A stretch of 64,000 nt of DNA, from positions 1,112 to 65,111 of the forward strand of contig MEPR01000073.1 in the NCBI GenBank assembly GCA_001769835.1. The letters run 5' to 3'. A program made the position numbers and the translations under genes. A model generated the notes under the pieces. That model had not been told where the DNA came from. It searched no databases and was given only the letters and a program-made list of their open reading frames with translations. Of this stretch, positions 44,563-54,062 are shown one piece after another; within the stretch, counting starts at the first letter, position 1, and each line of letters opens with the position of its first letter. This DNA is from Bdellovibrionales bacterium GWB1_55_8. Its GTDB lineage: Bacteria; Bdellovibrionota; UBA1018.

Positions 44563-45993
44563 CTATTTCGTGCTGAGATATTCGTGAATCCCGGCAGCCG
44601 CGACCTTTCCGTCACCCATGGCCAGAATCACGGTCGCACCACCGCGAACGATGTCCCCGCCTGCGAACACACCAGCAAGATTCGTCGCCGCGGTTTTTTC
44701 GTCGCTCACGACATTGCCCCATTTGTTCAGCTGAAGCTCAGGAGCCGTTTGTGAAAGCAGCGGGTTGGCGCGCGTTCCGAGGGCGTTGATCACGACGTCA
44801 GCCTGAAGGTCCTCGATCGCACCTTCGATGGCAATGGGCTTCCTGCGGCCCGAGGCATCGGGTTCGCCGAGTTCCATCTTCTGGCACTTCAAAGCCGTGC
44901 ACCAGTTGTCCTTGTCACCAAGAATCGCCAGCGGCGCGGTCAGGAAAACAAATTCCACGCCCTCGTCCTTGGCGTGATGGATTTCTTCCACACGAGCAGG
45001 CATTTCAGCCTCAGTGCGGCGATAAACGATCATGGAACGCTCAGCGCCCAGGCGTCGGGCCGTGCGAACGCAATCCATGGCGGTATTGCCGGCGCCGATG
45101 ACCGCGACCCGTTTTCCTTGAACGATCGGAGTGCTGCAATCAGCCAGCTGTCCTGCGCCCATCAGATTCACGCGTGTCAGGAATTCGTTGGCCGAGTACA
45201 CGCCTTTCAGGTTTTCACCGGGTATGTTCAGCATCATCGGAAGTCCGGCGCCGTTCGCGATGAATACCGCGTCGAACTCCTCGCGCAGCTGTTTCAAAGT
45301 CAGCGTCTTTCCGATGATGACATTCAACTCGATGGTGACACCCAGGTCTTTGAGTCCTGCGACTTCCTGATCGATGATGGTCTTGGGGAGCCGGAACTCG
45401 GGAATTCCGTACCGGAGGACCCCCCCGGTATCGTGAAGCGCTTCAAAAATGGTGACTTTATGACCCTTGCGAGCAAGTTCACCCGCCGCGGTGATCCCTG
45501 CAGGACCGCAACCCACAACGGCCACGGTCTTTCCCGTCGGAGTGACGGAGACTTTTTCACGAACCTGATCGATATGCTGATTCGCCCAGTCGGCGACAAA
45601 GCGCTCCAGATAACCGATGGCCACCGGAAGGCTTTTCACGCCACGGACGCACTCCGCTTCGCACTGTTTTTCCTGCGGGCAAACACGACCGCAAACAGCC
45701 GGAAGCGAGGTGTCTTTTTTCAGGATTTTCGCGGCTTCCGCGAGCTTCCCTTGAGACAGAGCACTGATGAATTCCGGGATCGAAACGCCCACCGGACAGC
45801 CCACGACGCAATTACGCTTCTTGCAATTCAAGCAGCGTTGCGCCTCGAGAATCGCGGCGGCTTCATTCAGGCCCAGGTTCACTTCCTGGAAATTGCGGCT
45901 TCTGACGGTTCCATCGGCTTCGGGCATTTTCACGCGCTCGATCGCCATCCGCTCTTTCATACTCATGGTTGCAACAGTTTTGGTATCGCTCAT
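44563..45993 (-). CDS. GltD-family FAD/NAD(P)H oxidoreductase subunit (NfnB/SudA-like; glutamate synthase small-subunit homologue)
   Basis: Two Fe-S Cys clusters (CLNCKKRNCVVGCP..., CGRVCPQEKQCEAEC). Dinucleotide folds VAVVGCGPAGITAAGELARKG and VAVIGAGNTAMDC. The start is at the internal ATG (MSDTK), 4 nt after the upstream stop. Confidence 0.8.
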   Translation of the reverse strand: MSDTKTVATMSMKERMAIERVKMPEADGTVRSRNFQEVNLGLNEAAAILEAQRCLNCKKRNCVVGCPVGVSIPEFISALSQGKLAEAAKILKKDTSLPAVCGRVCPQEKQCEAECVRGVKSLPVAIGYLERFVADWANQHIDQVREKVSVTPTGKTVAVVGCGPAGITAAGELARKGHKVTIFEALHDTGGVLRYGIPEFRLPKTIIDQEVAGLKDLGVTIELNVIIGKTLTLKQLREEFDAVFIANGAGLPMMLNIPGENLKGVYSANEFLTRVNLMGAGQLADCSTPIVQGKRVAVIGAGNTAMDCVRTARRLGAERSMIVYRRTEAEMPARVEEIHHAKDEGVEFVFLTAPLAILGDKDNWCTALKCQKMELGEPDASGRRKPIAIEGAIEDLQADVVINALGTRANPLLSQTAPELQLNKWGNVVSDEKTAATNLAGVFAGGDIVRGGATVILAMGDGKVAAAGIHEYLSTK

Positions 45994-46000
45994 TGAATTA

Positions 46001-46846
46001 TCATCCCCGTCCGATTTTGCATTTATCAGGTGCGCACTGTTCGAGCGCCTTGCGTTCGTGGTCGCGATAGGTCGCGAGACGATCCCTGAGAAGGTCAAAG
46101 TCAACCAGGTGTCCGTCAAACTCCGGGCCGTCCACGCAGGCGAATTTCACTTCGCCGCCGACGTCGACGCGGCAGCCGCCGCACATTCCGGTTCCATCGA
46201 TCATGATGGGATTCAAACTCACGATGGTCGGGATCTTCTCGGGACGAGTCATTTCCGCAACCGCCTTCATCATCGGGCCGGGGCCGACCGCGAAAACTGC
46301 GTCCGGACGGCGCGCGGGATCACTCATCATGTCCGCCAGCACATTCGTGACGAAACCTTTGCGTCCGCGACTTCCGTCATCGGTCGTGATCTCAAGGTGC
46401 TTGGAAAGCGCGCTGAGTTCATCCACCAGGATCACGTAAGGCGAGGAGCGCCCGCCGATGATTGTGGTGATTTCATTGTTTTGAGCAAGCGCCTTGACGA
46501 GGGGGTAAAGAACCGCGGTGCCCACGCCGCCACCGATGCAGGCCACCCGGCCCCATTTTTCAATATGGGTCGGAAGGCCGAGAGGGCCCGCCACATCGCG
46601 AATCTTTCCGCCTGCTGGAATTCCAACAATTTTACGGGTCGAAGCGCCAATGGCCTGGATGAAAAGTGAAATCGTCCCCTGCTCTACATCCGCATCACCG
46701 ATCGTAAGCGGGATTCTCTCCTCGCCTACATCAGCCCGGACAATAACGAACTGGCCGGCCTTGCGGGCCTTGGCGATTCTGGGCGCTCGAACAACCATCT
46801 TATGCAGGTCCGGTGCAAGGACCTCATTGCTGAGTACATCAAACAT
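46001..46846 (-). CDS. PyrK-like ferredoxin-NAD(P) reductase subunit (NfnA/SudB-like), 2Fe-2S/FAD
   Basis: 281 aa. FAD/NAD-binding-like regions and a C-terminal Cys cluster (CGGCRVDVGGEVKFACVDGPEF). Immediately upstream of the GltD-like gene. Confidence 0.75.
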   Translation of the reverse strand: MFDVLSNEVLAPDLHKMVVRAPRIAKARKAGQFVIVRADVGEERIPLTIGDADVEQGTISLFIQAIGASTRKIVGIPAGGKIRDVAGPLGLPTHIEKWGRVACIGGGVGTAVLYPLVKALAQNNEITTIIGGRSSPYVILVDELSALSKHLEITTDDGSRGRKGFVTNVLADMMSDPARRPDAVFAVGPGPMMKAVAEMTRPEKIPTIVSLNPIMIDGTGMCGGCRVDVGGEVKFACVDGPEFDGHLVDFDLLRDRLATYRDHERKALEQCAPDKCKIGRG

Positions 46847-46992
46847 TCATCACCTCGGTTGGATAGGCAGGATATAGAATTTTTTTGCTCAGATGGCCAG
46901 CACTTCAAGCGATTCGGTGGCAAAAAATGCGGCTACCGCCGGCTGCAGCGCTGCTTAAAGGCTCGGCCATCCTGATCCGATAAGCCATAAGG

Positions 46993-47643
46993 ATGAAGAT
47001 ACGGGAAATCCTTGCCCTTCTGGCGATCATTGCCTCGATACCTGCTCAGGCTGTCGAGCGAAAGTGCCTGGTATCCGAAATCGGAGCAATGATCGGAGGA
47101 CGCGGCGAAGCCGCCAGCGTTGACGCCGCTCCCTACGCTCACGCAGACACGGTCCTCTTCTTGTCCGATTCTTCACAGACCACCGTGAACGGCCTTTCTC
47201 TCGGTTCGGCGATTGCGGAAGCCTACCCGGAAAAAAGCGTGGTTCGGACGGACTTTGCCTTTGCTGATGAGATCACAGGAAACCTGTCGACCCGTTATAT
47301 GGATAATACGAAGCCGTTTCCTTTCCCTGACAACTCGTTTGACGTCATTGTCATGCGCCGCGGGCTTTGCATCTGCCATGGCAGCCGGGTTTGCGGGGGG
47401 TTTCTTCCCATCAGCGAGGAGTCCCGGCAGTTCTTCTCGGAAGTGACTCGAGTGCTCAACAAGAAGAATCCTCGCGCGAAAGCGGTGCTTGAAGGCGGCT
47501 ACGGGGTCTTTCCAAATGTGGAAAACGCATGGAGGGAAATTGGCGAACAATTGGAGCAAACCCAGGGCGTCTCCATGGAGATCTTCACCAGTCCCTGGGG
47601 CGGCTTTCACTCCATCGCCATTTCGCCAGCGCGCACACCTTAA
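46993..47643 (+). CDS. Hypothetical protein (possible signal peptide; weak methyltransferase-like FDVIVM motif)
   Basis: 216-aa ORF in the correct codon-usage context. No confident domain. Confidence 0.3.
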   Translation: MKIREILALLAIIASIPAQAVERKCLVSEIGAMIGGRGEAASVDAAPYAHADTVLFLSDSSQTTVNGLSLGSAIAEAYPEKSVVRTDFAFADEITGNLSTRYMDNTKPFPFPDNSFDVIVMRRGLCICHGSRVCGGFLPISEESRQFFSEVTRVLNKKNPRAKAVLEGGYGVFPNVENAWREIGEQLEQTQGVSMEIFTSPWGGFHSIAISPARTP

Positions 47644-47786
47644 AACGTGCGCTGATACCCCGAAAAACTGTCTGAACTTCAGTCAGTTCGTAAAAACTCT
47701 ACTCTGGTGCATTATGACACTATGTGTCAAATCAAGGACTTAGCCCCGTCTAACCGCTGGCACTCGACTTGCTCAAGGGGCCCGGC

Positions 47787-48101
47787 ATGAGCAACGTAGT
47801 TTCCTTGCAGTCGTTGAGGGATGTCAGAAAAGCCGAAGCCGACGATACGGAATACAAGGCCCGGATCCTCGGTATGGACAAGCTCGAGCTCCTTGAGGAG
47901 ATGGTCGCATTCCAGCAGGAACGCAGCTCCACAGGGCACCTGACGCTTTCCATGATGATCCGCGGACGGATTCTTTTCAAAGCCCTCGAACAGAACGCAG
48001 AGACGCAGGAACTCCTGCTCCTCACGCGGTCATACCGCCGCCACCTCGAGTTTGAACTCGCGGAGTTCGTGAAGAACGGACGCCTGAGCGAAAGCGGATA
48101 A
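47787..48101 (+). CDS. Small hypothetical protein (~105 aa)
   Basis: ORF with helical, charged composition. Convergent with phoH2. Confidence 0.3.
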   Translation: MSNVVSLQSLRDVRKAEADDTEYKARILGMDKLELLEEMVAFQQERSSTGHLTLSMMIRGRILFKALEQNAETQELLLLTRSYRRHLEFELAEFVKNGRLSESG

Positions 48102-48104
48102 ATC

Positions 48105-49427
48105 CTACAGAAGATTGCTCGCCAGCTCCGAAAGCTTCGACCGTTCGCCCTTGCTGAGGGTGATGTGCGCTGAGATGGCCTCTTCCTTGAATCTTTCCAC
48201 CAGATACACCAAACCGTTATTCGCGGAATCCACGTAAGGATTGTCGATCTGATAGCTATCGCCCGTGAGCACGATTTTCGTGTTATCGCCGGCGCGAGTC
48301 ACGATCGTCTTGATCTCGTGCGGAGTCAGGTTCTGCGCTTCGTCCACGATCAGATACTGCTGCGGAATCGAACGACCGCGAATATAGGTCAGCGGCTCGA
48401 TCTGAAGCAGGCCTTGGTTCATCAGTTCCTGGCAGCCTTTACCAGCTCCCCTTCGACCTTTCGCGCCGGTGGCGCCAAACAGAAAGTCGATGTTGTCGTA
48501 GATCGGCTGCATCCAGGGGTTCAGCTTCTCTTCGAGATCGCCAGGAAGGAATCCGATATCCTTTCCAAGCGGGAACACCGGGCGAGAAACCAAGAGACGA
48601 TGGTAGACGCCTTCATCCACGGTCTTCGCAAGACCAGCGGCGATCGCGAGCAGCGTTTTACCGGTACCGGCTTTGCCGACGAGACTGACCAGCTTGATGT
48701 CATCGTTCAAAAGAGCGTCAAACGCGAAGGCCTGTTCCGCATTCTTCGGGAAAATGCCCCAGAGGCCCTCTGCGGGCTTGAACACCGGCACGATGCAATC
48801 CAGGTCCTTCGAGTAGCGGCCCATCGCCGTATGATTCGGATTGGCCGAGTCCTTGAGAATCACGTACTGATTCGCCTTCAGACCAGTCAGCCCTTCGGTG
48901 ATGGGAAGGCGCTTGTTCTGATAAAACTCATCGACCTTTGAGGGGTCGACGGAAAGCGACGTCGTGCCCGCGTAAAGCTGCTCAGGTTCAACACTGGACG
49001 GTTCATAATCTTCCGCTTGAATGCCGAGCGCATCCGCTTTGATCCTGAGGTTCGTGTCTTTCGTTACGAATACGATCGGCCGCTTCGGATGCTCTTTCTT
49101 CAAAGTCAGAGCAAGGGACAGCATACGGTTATCCGCCTTGTCCATGATCAGCTCGAAAGGAAGGGGCTGTTCGCTTCCGAGTTCCACCGTGAGGATGCCG
49201 CCGTTCGGGATCTTCACGCCTTTGGAAAGCTCACCGTCCGCCCGCATTTCATCGATCAGACGGGAAAACAGACGGGCGTGGCGGCCGTTCTCGCTCATGT
49301 CGCGCTTGAACCGGTCAATCTCCTCAATTACGACAATCGGAATGATGATGTCGTTGCTGCCAAACTTGAACATGGCCTGTGGATCGAACAGCAAAACGTT
49401 GGTGTCGATGATGAACGCTTTACGCAA
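48105..49427 (-). CDS. PIN-domain/PhoH-like ATPase (PhoH2/YlaK family)
   Basis: N-terminal PIN (FIIDTNVLLFD...) and a C-terminal PhoH P-loop GKAGTGKTLLAIAAG, with a DEAQN Walker B. Confidence 0.85.
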   Translation of the reverse strand: MRKAFIIDTNVLLFDPQAMFKFGSNDIIIPIVVIEEIDRFKRDMSENGRHARLFSRLIDEMRADGELSKGVKIPNGGILTVELGSEQPLPFELIMDKADNRMLSLALTLKKEHPKRPIVFVTKDTNLRIKADALGIQAEDYEPSSVEPEQLYAGTTSLSVDPSKVDEFYQNKRLPITEGLTGLKANQYVILKDSANPNHTAMGRYSKDLDCIVPVFKPAEGLWGIFPKNAEQAFAFDALLNDDIKLVSLVGKAGTGKTLLAIAAGLAKTVDEGVYHRLLVSRPVFPLGKDIGFLPGDLEEKLNPWMQPIYDNIDFLFGATGAKGRRGAGKGCQELMNQGLLQIEPLTYIRGRSIPQQYLIVDEAQNLTPHEIKTIVTRAGDNTKIVLTGDSYQIDNPYVDSANNGLVYLVERFKEEAISAHITLSKGERSKLSELASNLL

Positions 49428-49585
49428 AGATGCCTCCTTGGCGATCGTCCAGGATCTGGTGAAACCAGCTTCCTGGTCGAATGGCCGCTGGCCTTTTATC
49501 TGAACGAAAGGACCAGCGAGCGGGTGTTGCTAACTCTGCGTCAAATTTAGAACAAAAGAGCCAGACACTGCAAGGCGGATTTAAC

Positions 49586-50671
49586 CTAAATGCCGATCTT
49601 CAGCGCCACCTGAAGGAGGTAACGGCGCTGGGAATCCTGCAGGATCATGCTTCCAAGCTCCTCGCCGTAGGATACTGCGGTGATTTTGAGGAGCCAGATA
49701 TCGAAACCCGCCCCGTAGGTGAGAAACGCCTGGTTGAACCCGCCATAAAACGTGAAAAGAGGGAGCGCGACTTCCACGCCGAGATGATTTTTCTTTCGCC
49801 AGTCGCCTGAAGTGAGCGCGTGACGGTAGTCATAGCTGACGATCGTGGTGACTCCGGGCAATTTGTATTTTGCCGCTATTCCCGATGAAAAATTGCTTTC
49901 CACCGGGTCGGGGTCCTCGCCGAACTTTGTCCTGCCGATATCGGTGTACGCCAGCCCCCAGCTCACGTCCAGCCGACCGTTCAGCTTGCGGATATACTGA
50001 AGGCCGAGATCAAACCCGTAGCCCCTGTGAAAACTTCCGGCGATCTGCTGATAAATCTCCGGACTCACATTGAGGAGCTGGGTCAAGGAGAGCTGCCTGT
50101 AACCTCCCCGCCTCCAGAGAAGTTTTGCACCCACGCCGACGCGCAGATCGTCCGGTCCGCGGTTGCGCTTTTTAAGCGAAGTCCCCCAGGCGAATTGGAT
50201 TCCGTTGGTTTGCTGATAGCCCAGCGTGATCTGAGGGAGCGAACGGTTACGAGCGGAAATCGAGGTCTGCGCATCCAATATCAGGCCGATTCCAAGATTG
50301 GGCATGACGATGGTCGGCGTGATCTGCGCGCGCCCGTAAATGTTCTTGCCCATCAACACGTTCAGACTGTCCCCGCTGATCTCGCTGAAGGCATCCATGC
50401 TCTCCTGCGCAGTCGTGATGATGTCGCTCGAGGCCTCGAGGTCGGCCACGACATAACGGACGCGGTGGGACGTAATGCCAGCCATTCCGGCGGGATTCAT
50501 GAAAATGGCCTGCTCATCATCGGCAACCGCGGTAAAAGCGTTCCCCATCGCCTGGGCGCGGGTTCCTCGATAGAGTTCTCGAAACTCCGTGGCCTGCGCG
50601 GCCGCCGCGACCAGAAAGGAAGCAAGAGCGAGGGCGGGCAGTGCGCGTGTATTCTTGAGAAGGCGCTTCAC
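49586..50671 (-). CDS. Outer-membrane beta-barrel protein, FadL/TodX/PorV-like
   Basis: Signal peptide. N-terminal GTRAQAMGNAFTAVADDEQAIFMNPAGMA resembles the FadL-family hatch region (G..G.A..ADDAS...NPA). C-terminal aromatic-rich strands. Confidence 0.5.
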   Translation of the reverse strand: MKRLLKNTRALPALALASFLVAAAAQATEFRELYRGTRAQAMGNAFTAVADDEQAIFMNPAGMAGITSHRVRYVVADLEASSDIITTAQESMDAFSEISGDSLNVLMGKNIYGRAQITPTIVMPNLGIGLILDAQTSISARNRSLPQITLGYQQTNGIQFAWGTSLKKRNRGPDDLRVGVGAKLLWRRGGYRQLSLTQLLNVSPEIYQQIAGSFHRGYGFDLGLQYIRKLNGRLDVSWGLAYTDIGRTKFGEDPDPVESNFSSGIAAKYKLPGVTTIVSYDYRHALTSGDWRKKNHLGVEVALPLFTFYGGFNQAFLTYGAGFDIWLLKITAVSYGEELGSMILQDSQRRYLLQVALKIGI

Positions 50672-51633
50672 AGAGGCACCACCCAGCTGGCGTTCACCAG
50701 GTTCACGATTCCTGCGGCAGCGCAGGAATTTTTATCCGTGAGCAAACCGGTACAGCTCCTGCGATTTCTGAGGGTGATCGGGCAACCATCGCAAACGAGA
50801 CCACAGACAAAGCAGCCTGCCGTGCAGGCGGCGTCCATACCATCGGCAATACCGGTCTTCAACGTCAGCAGAGCCGCTCCCAGTTCGGGACTGCTTGAGT
50901 TCGCCACCGAGCCCACCGTGTCCACGAAATTCAGCACCGATGAAGCAAATGCGCAGCCGTCGGTCTCCATGTCCACATGGTCACCCGCCTGCCATGGCAA
51001 GGTGCCCAGATAAGTGGCGTCGGGCGCGCCAAAGCGGTTTTCCATGGCGCCAATCGCCGCAAGGCTCACGAAAAGAAGATAGAGATTGGCGTCATCCGCG
51101 CGGTCAGACGCGAGCGTGGCCCCGGGATTGAACCCTTCCGGATCGATATAGCTTTCCGGCAGGATCACGGCGCCAGGTTTCAGAGTCGCCATCAGCGCAT
51201 CGGAGGCGAGGATCGCGCCTTCCACGGCTTTATCGTCTGGATCGCTCGCGGGCGAAGGGAAAAGTTTCGCAAGAAGCGACCAAAACGCGCCACCCCCGAG
51301 CAATGGCGAATTCTCGACAAGCTCCCCGATCATTTTAAAAAAATTCACGTTTGCCACGCAGGCGTAAGCGGAGGCGGTGATCATCCGCACTTCATTATCA
51401 ACGCTCGCGGACTTGTAGATCCCCTCTAATTTCTCGATCGCCTCAGTGCACTCACCCTCGGAAAGATGAATCTGAGCGGCATCGAGAGTCGCGCGTCTGC
51501 CATCGATCGTTGATGTATCGTAATCAGTCCCGCAACGGACAAAACTCAACACCAGCAGCGCGCAAAGCGCCACTCTACCGAAGTTCTTCAACCCTGCCGC
51601 AAATGAATCGTTCCCACGAAAAAACGGGATCAC
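50668..51633 (-). CDS. Putative lipoprotein with C-terminal Cys-rich region, co-transcribed with FadL-like OMP
   Basis: Signal or lipobox-like N-terminus (LVLSFVRCG). C-terminal CTAGCFVCGLVCDGCP...C...C. ATGA-type overlap with the downstream OMP gene. Confidence 0.4.
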   Translation of the reverse strand: MIPFFRGNDSFAAGLKNFGRVALCALLVLSFVRCGTDYDTSTIDGRRATLDAAQIHLSEGECTEAIEKLEGIYKSASVDNEVRMITASAYACVANVNFFKMIGELVENSPLLGGGAFWSLLAKLFPSPASDPDDKAVEGAILASDALMATLKPGAVILPESYIDPEGFNPGATLASDRADDANLYLLFVSLAAIGAMENRFGAPDATYLGTLPWQAGDHVDMETDGCAFASSVLNFVDTVGSVANSSSPELGAALLTLKTGIADGMDAACTAGCFVCGLVCDGCPITLRNRRSCTGLLTDKNSCAAAGIVNLVNASWVVPL

Positions 51634-51726
51634 CTGTTCATTGTGCGGCGAATCCGGGATTTTTCCAAGCCGGAGAACACAGGGAAAAGCGTCGGTTTTT
51701 TGACGACCCGGACTACCTGTCCGGCC

Positions 51727-52242
51727 TCAGCTCTTTCTGACCGGGTTGGCGCGTCTCAGGGGAATCTTCTCCTTCAAACGTTCCGCAACCAGCGGCGGCA
51801 CGTAAGGCGAAACATCGCCGCCATAGTGAAAAAGTTCCTTGATCATGCTTGAACTCACGAAATAAAGATTCTGCGCGGTCATCATGAAAACTGTCTCGAC
51901 GGCGGCGTTGATGTTCTTGTTCATGCTCGCCATCATGAATTCGTACTCAAAGTCGCTCGCCGCTCGCAAGCCGCGGATGACGGCAGCCACATCGTGCTCC
52001 CGCGCATACTCCATGATCAGCCCGGGCCAGTGATCCACCTTCACGCCTTTTCGGTCGGCGGTGACGTCGCGAATCAGCTGGATCCGCTCCTCAACCGTGA
52101 ACAGGGGGCTCTTGTGCCCGGTACCTGCCACGATGATCGTGACCTCCGGAAAAAGGATCAAAGAGCGGTCCAGGATATCGAGATGCCCGTTGGTGATCGG
52201 ATCAAAGGAACCGGGATAAATCGCTCGTTTCTTGCTTGGCAT
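51727..52242 (-). CDS. coaD: Phosphopantetheine adenylyltransferase
   Basis: AIYPGSFDPITNGHLDI nucleotidyltransferase motif. 171 aa. Confidence 0.9.
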   Translation of the reverse strand: MPSKKRAIYPGSFDPITNGHLDILDRSLILFPEVTIIVAGTGHKSPLFTVEERIQLIRDVTADRKGVKVDHWPGLIMEYAREHDVAAVIRGLRAASDFEYEFMMASMNKNINAAVETVFMMTAQNLYFVSSSMIKELFHYGGDVSPYVPPLVAERLKEKIPLRRANPVRKS

Positions 52243-52245
52243 CGC

Positions 52246-52836
52246 TCAAGCCTCCGCTCTTTCGTAGGTCGTCAGCACGCTCTCACCATAGATTTTCTCC
52301 CGCACCTTAGCAAGGAACGGGGCACTTTCGGGGAGCTCTTCCATTTTGAAATCACGCGATTTGAGCCTTCCCCACTCGATCAGAAGATTCCCACCCGGAG
52401 CAAGAACCTCCTGCCAGGATATCTTGCCCTCAAATCCGCTCAAAATTCGTTTTTCCCAGCCTTCCGCATACGGCGGGTCCGCGATCACGATATCAAATGG
52501 CGCGCCACGCAGGAGTCGTGGAACCGCTCTCTCGACGGATTCCCCGACGAGCTCGACGCGGTCATGAATGCCCAGTTCCTCGACATTTTTTTCGAGAAGC
52601 CGAAACGAACTCCGGTCATGTTCCACAAATGTGACCTTCCTGGCGCCACGGGAAATAGCCTCGAAACCCAAGGTACCCGCACCAGCGAAAAGATCGAGGA
52701 CATTGGAATCAGGGATCAGAAGTTGAATCGAGTTGAATAACGCCTGCCTCAGACGAGCCTGTGTCGGTCGGGTGTGCAGGCCCGCCGGCGAGTGGATCAT
52801 CCGACCGCGAAATTCACCTCCGGTCAGGCGCAGCAT
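52246..52836 (-). CDS. rsmD: 16S rRNA (guanine966-N2)-methyltransferase RsmD
   Basis: LDLFAGAGTLGFEAISRGA and DPPY motifs. Classical rsmD-coaD pair. Confidence 0.85.
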   Translation of the reverse strand: MLRLTGGEFRGRMIHSPAGLHTRPTQARLRQALFNSIQLLIPDSNVLDLFAGAGTLGFEAISRGARKVTFVEHDRSSFRLLEKNVEELGIHDRVELVGESVERAVPRLLRGAPFDIVIADPPYAEGWEKRILSGFEGKISWQEVLAPGGNLLIEWGRLKSRDFKMEELPESAPFLAKVREKIYGESVLTTYERAEA

Positions 52837-52847
52837 CGCGAGGACGA

Positions 52848-53486
52848 TCAGGCCACTCTGCGAAGTTTGGAATCGCGCCGCACGGGAATCTTGAATTCCG
52901 TCCCGTCGGACAACTGCACTTTCAGCATATTATCCGAGAATCCGACAGTGACTTGTTCGCCTTCATAATCATATTGAAGAGTCAGGGTCATGCTGCCGGT
53001 CAGACGAAGAGAAAGCGCTCCGCCGTCCATCGGCTTCGAGGTCGCCGCGGGCATGGCCTGAGGCTCAGGGCGCTCATAGGCGAGGCGCACGGGAACCGGG
53101 GCTTCTTCCTGCTGGGTGTCTTCTTCTTGATAAGCTTCCTCTTCGACCGGCGCGGTTTCGCCGGTTCCGATCGAAGCAAGCATTCCGCCGCTCGTGGGCT
53201 CTTCTTCCTCGTGCAGGTCCGCCAAGGTTTCCTCCATCGAGACGTCGCTTTCCTCGGAATGAAACTCAGCCATGGGTTCGGTCTCGGCTTCGGCTTCAGC
53301 GACAGTCTCGGCTGTCGGCGCCTCGGGCGTTTCGTTCATCACTTCCTGCAGTTTTTCAATCTCTCCCATGATTTTTTCAATTTCATCCTGCGTATCGGTC
53401 ATTGGCACACCTCTCCGGAGATTGATCTCTTCTCCAGAACTTTTCGGCTGGAATGAGGAAAATATTAAGTCCAATAATGTCCGCAA
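52848..53486 (-). CDS. Acidic hypothetical protein
   Basis: 212-aa ORF, Glu/Asp-rich middle. Upstream of rsmD on the same strand. The start may be the internal MTDTQ. Confidence 0.35.
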   Translation of the reverse strand: MRTLLDLIFSSFQPKSSGEEINLRRGVPMTDTQDEIEKIMGEIEKLQEVMNETPEAPTAETVAEAEAETEPMAEFHSEESDVSMEETLADLHEEEEPTSGGMLASIGTGETAPVEEEAYQEEDTQQEEAPVPVRLAYERPEPQAMPAATSKPMDGGALSLRLTGSMTLTLQYDYEGEQVTVGFSDNMLKVQLSDGTEFKIPVRRDSKLRRVA

Positions 53487-53560
53487 GATGAAGGTATCGC
53501 ATCCTTGGGTATGTTTTGTTTTTTATTGAAGAATTTGTCGCCAAGATTGAGCCCAGGCGC

Positions 53561-53953
53561 CTACTTGGCTGAAGGCACAAGCCCCTTGGCCGCGATCAGC
53601 ACGTCGGCCGTAGCGCGATTGCAGGCCATCGGCACATTATAGAGGGTCGCGATCCTAAGAAGCGCTTTCACGTCGACATCATGAGGATGCGGAGAAAGCG
53701 GATCCATGAAGAAGACCACCAGGCTGACCTTCCCCTCCGCGATTTGAGCACCGATCTGCTGATCACCGCCTAGCGGACCACTCTTGAAGCGATGAACCGG
53801 AAGCCCAAGCTCTTTTTTCAGCAGAGAACCGGTGGTTCCCGTAGCGATCAGCTTGTATTTCGCGAGTCGCGCGCGGTTTTTCTTCGCCCATTCGACCATG
53901 GCAGGCTTGAGATTATCGTGTGCGATGAGTGCCAGGCGGTTCGGATGCGGCAT
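53561..53953 (-). CDS. mgsA: Methylglyoxal synthase
   Basis: LALIAHDNLK...GTTG...PLGGD...HDVD motifs typical of MgsA. 130 aa. Confidence 0.9.
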   Translation of the reverse strand: MPHPNRLALIAHDNLKPAMVEWAKKNRARLAKYKLIATGTTGSLLKKELGLPVHRFKSGPLGGDQQIGAQIAEGKVSLVVFFMDPLSPHPHDVDVKALLRIATLYNVPMACNRATADVLIAAKGLVPSAK

Positions 53954-54062
53954 GGAGCAGATCCTCTTTGAAAAGGTCTACCCAACCGGGCGGTTTTTAT
54001 CAAGTTAGTGAGTTTCATGCGTGGACAGAGAGCCCTGCTCTGGGCTATCACGGTTGGCTTAC

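Noticed and set aside
46001-46119. Apparent 119-nt overlap between the GltD-like and PyrK-like ORFs
   Set aside because: The overlap is an artefact of the longest-ORF call. An internal ATG (MSDTK) sits 4 nt after the upstream stop, and the N-terminal extension has no homology-like features.
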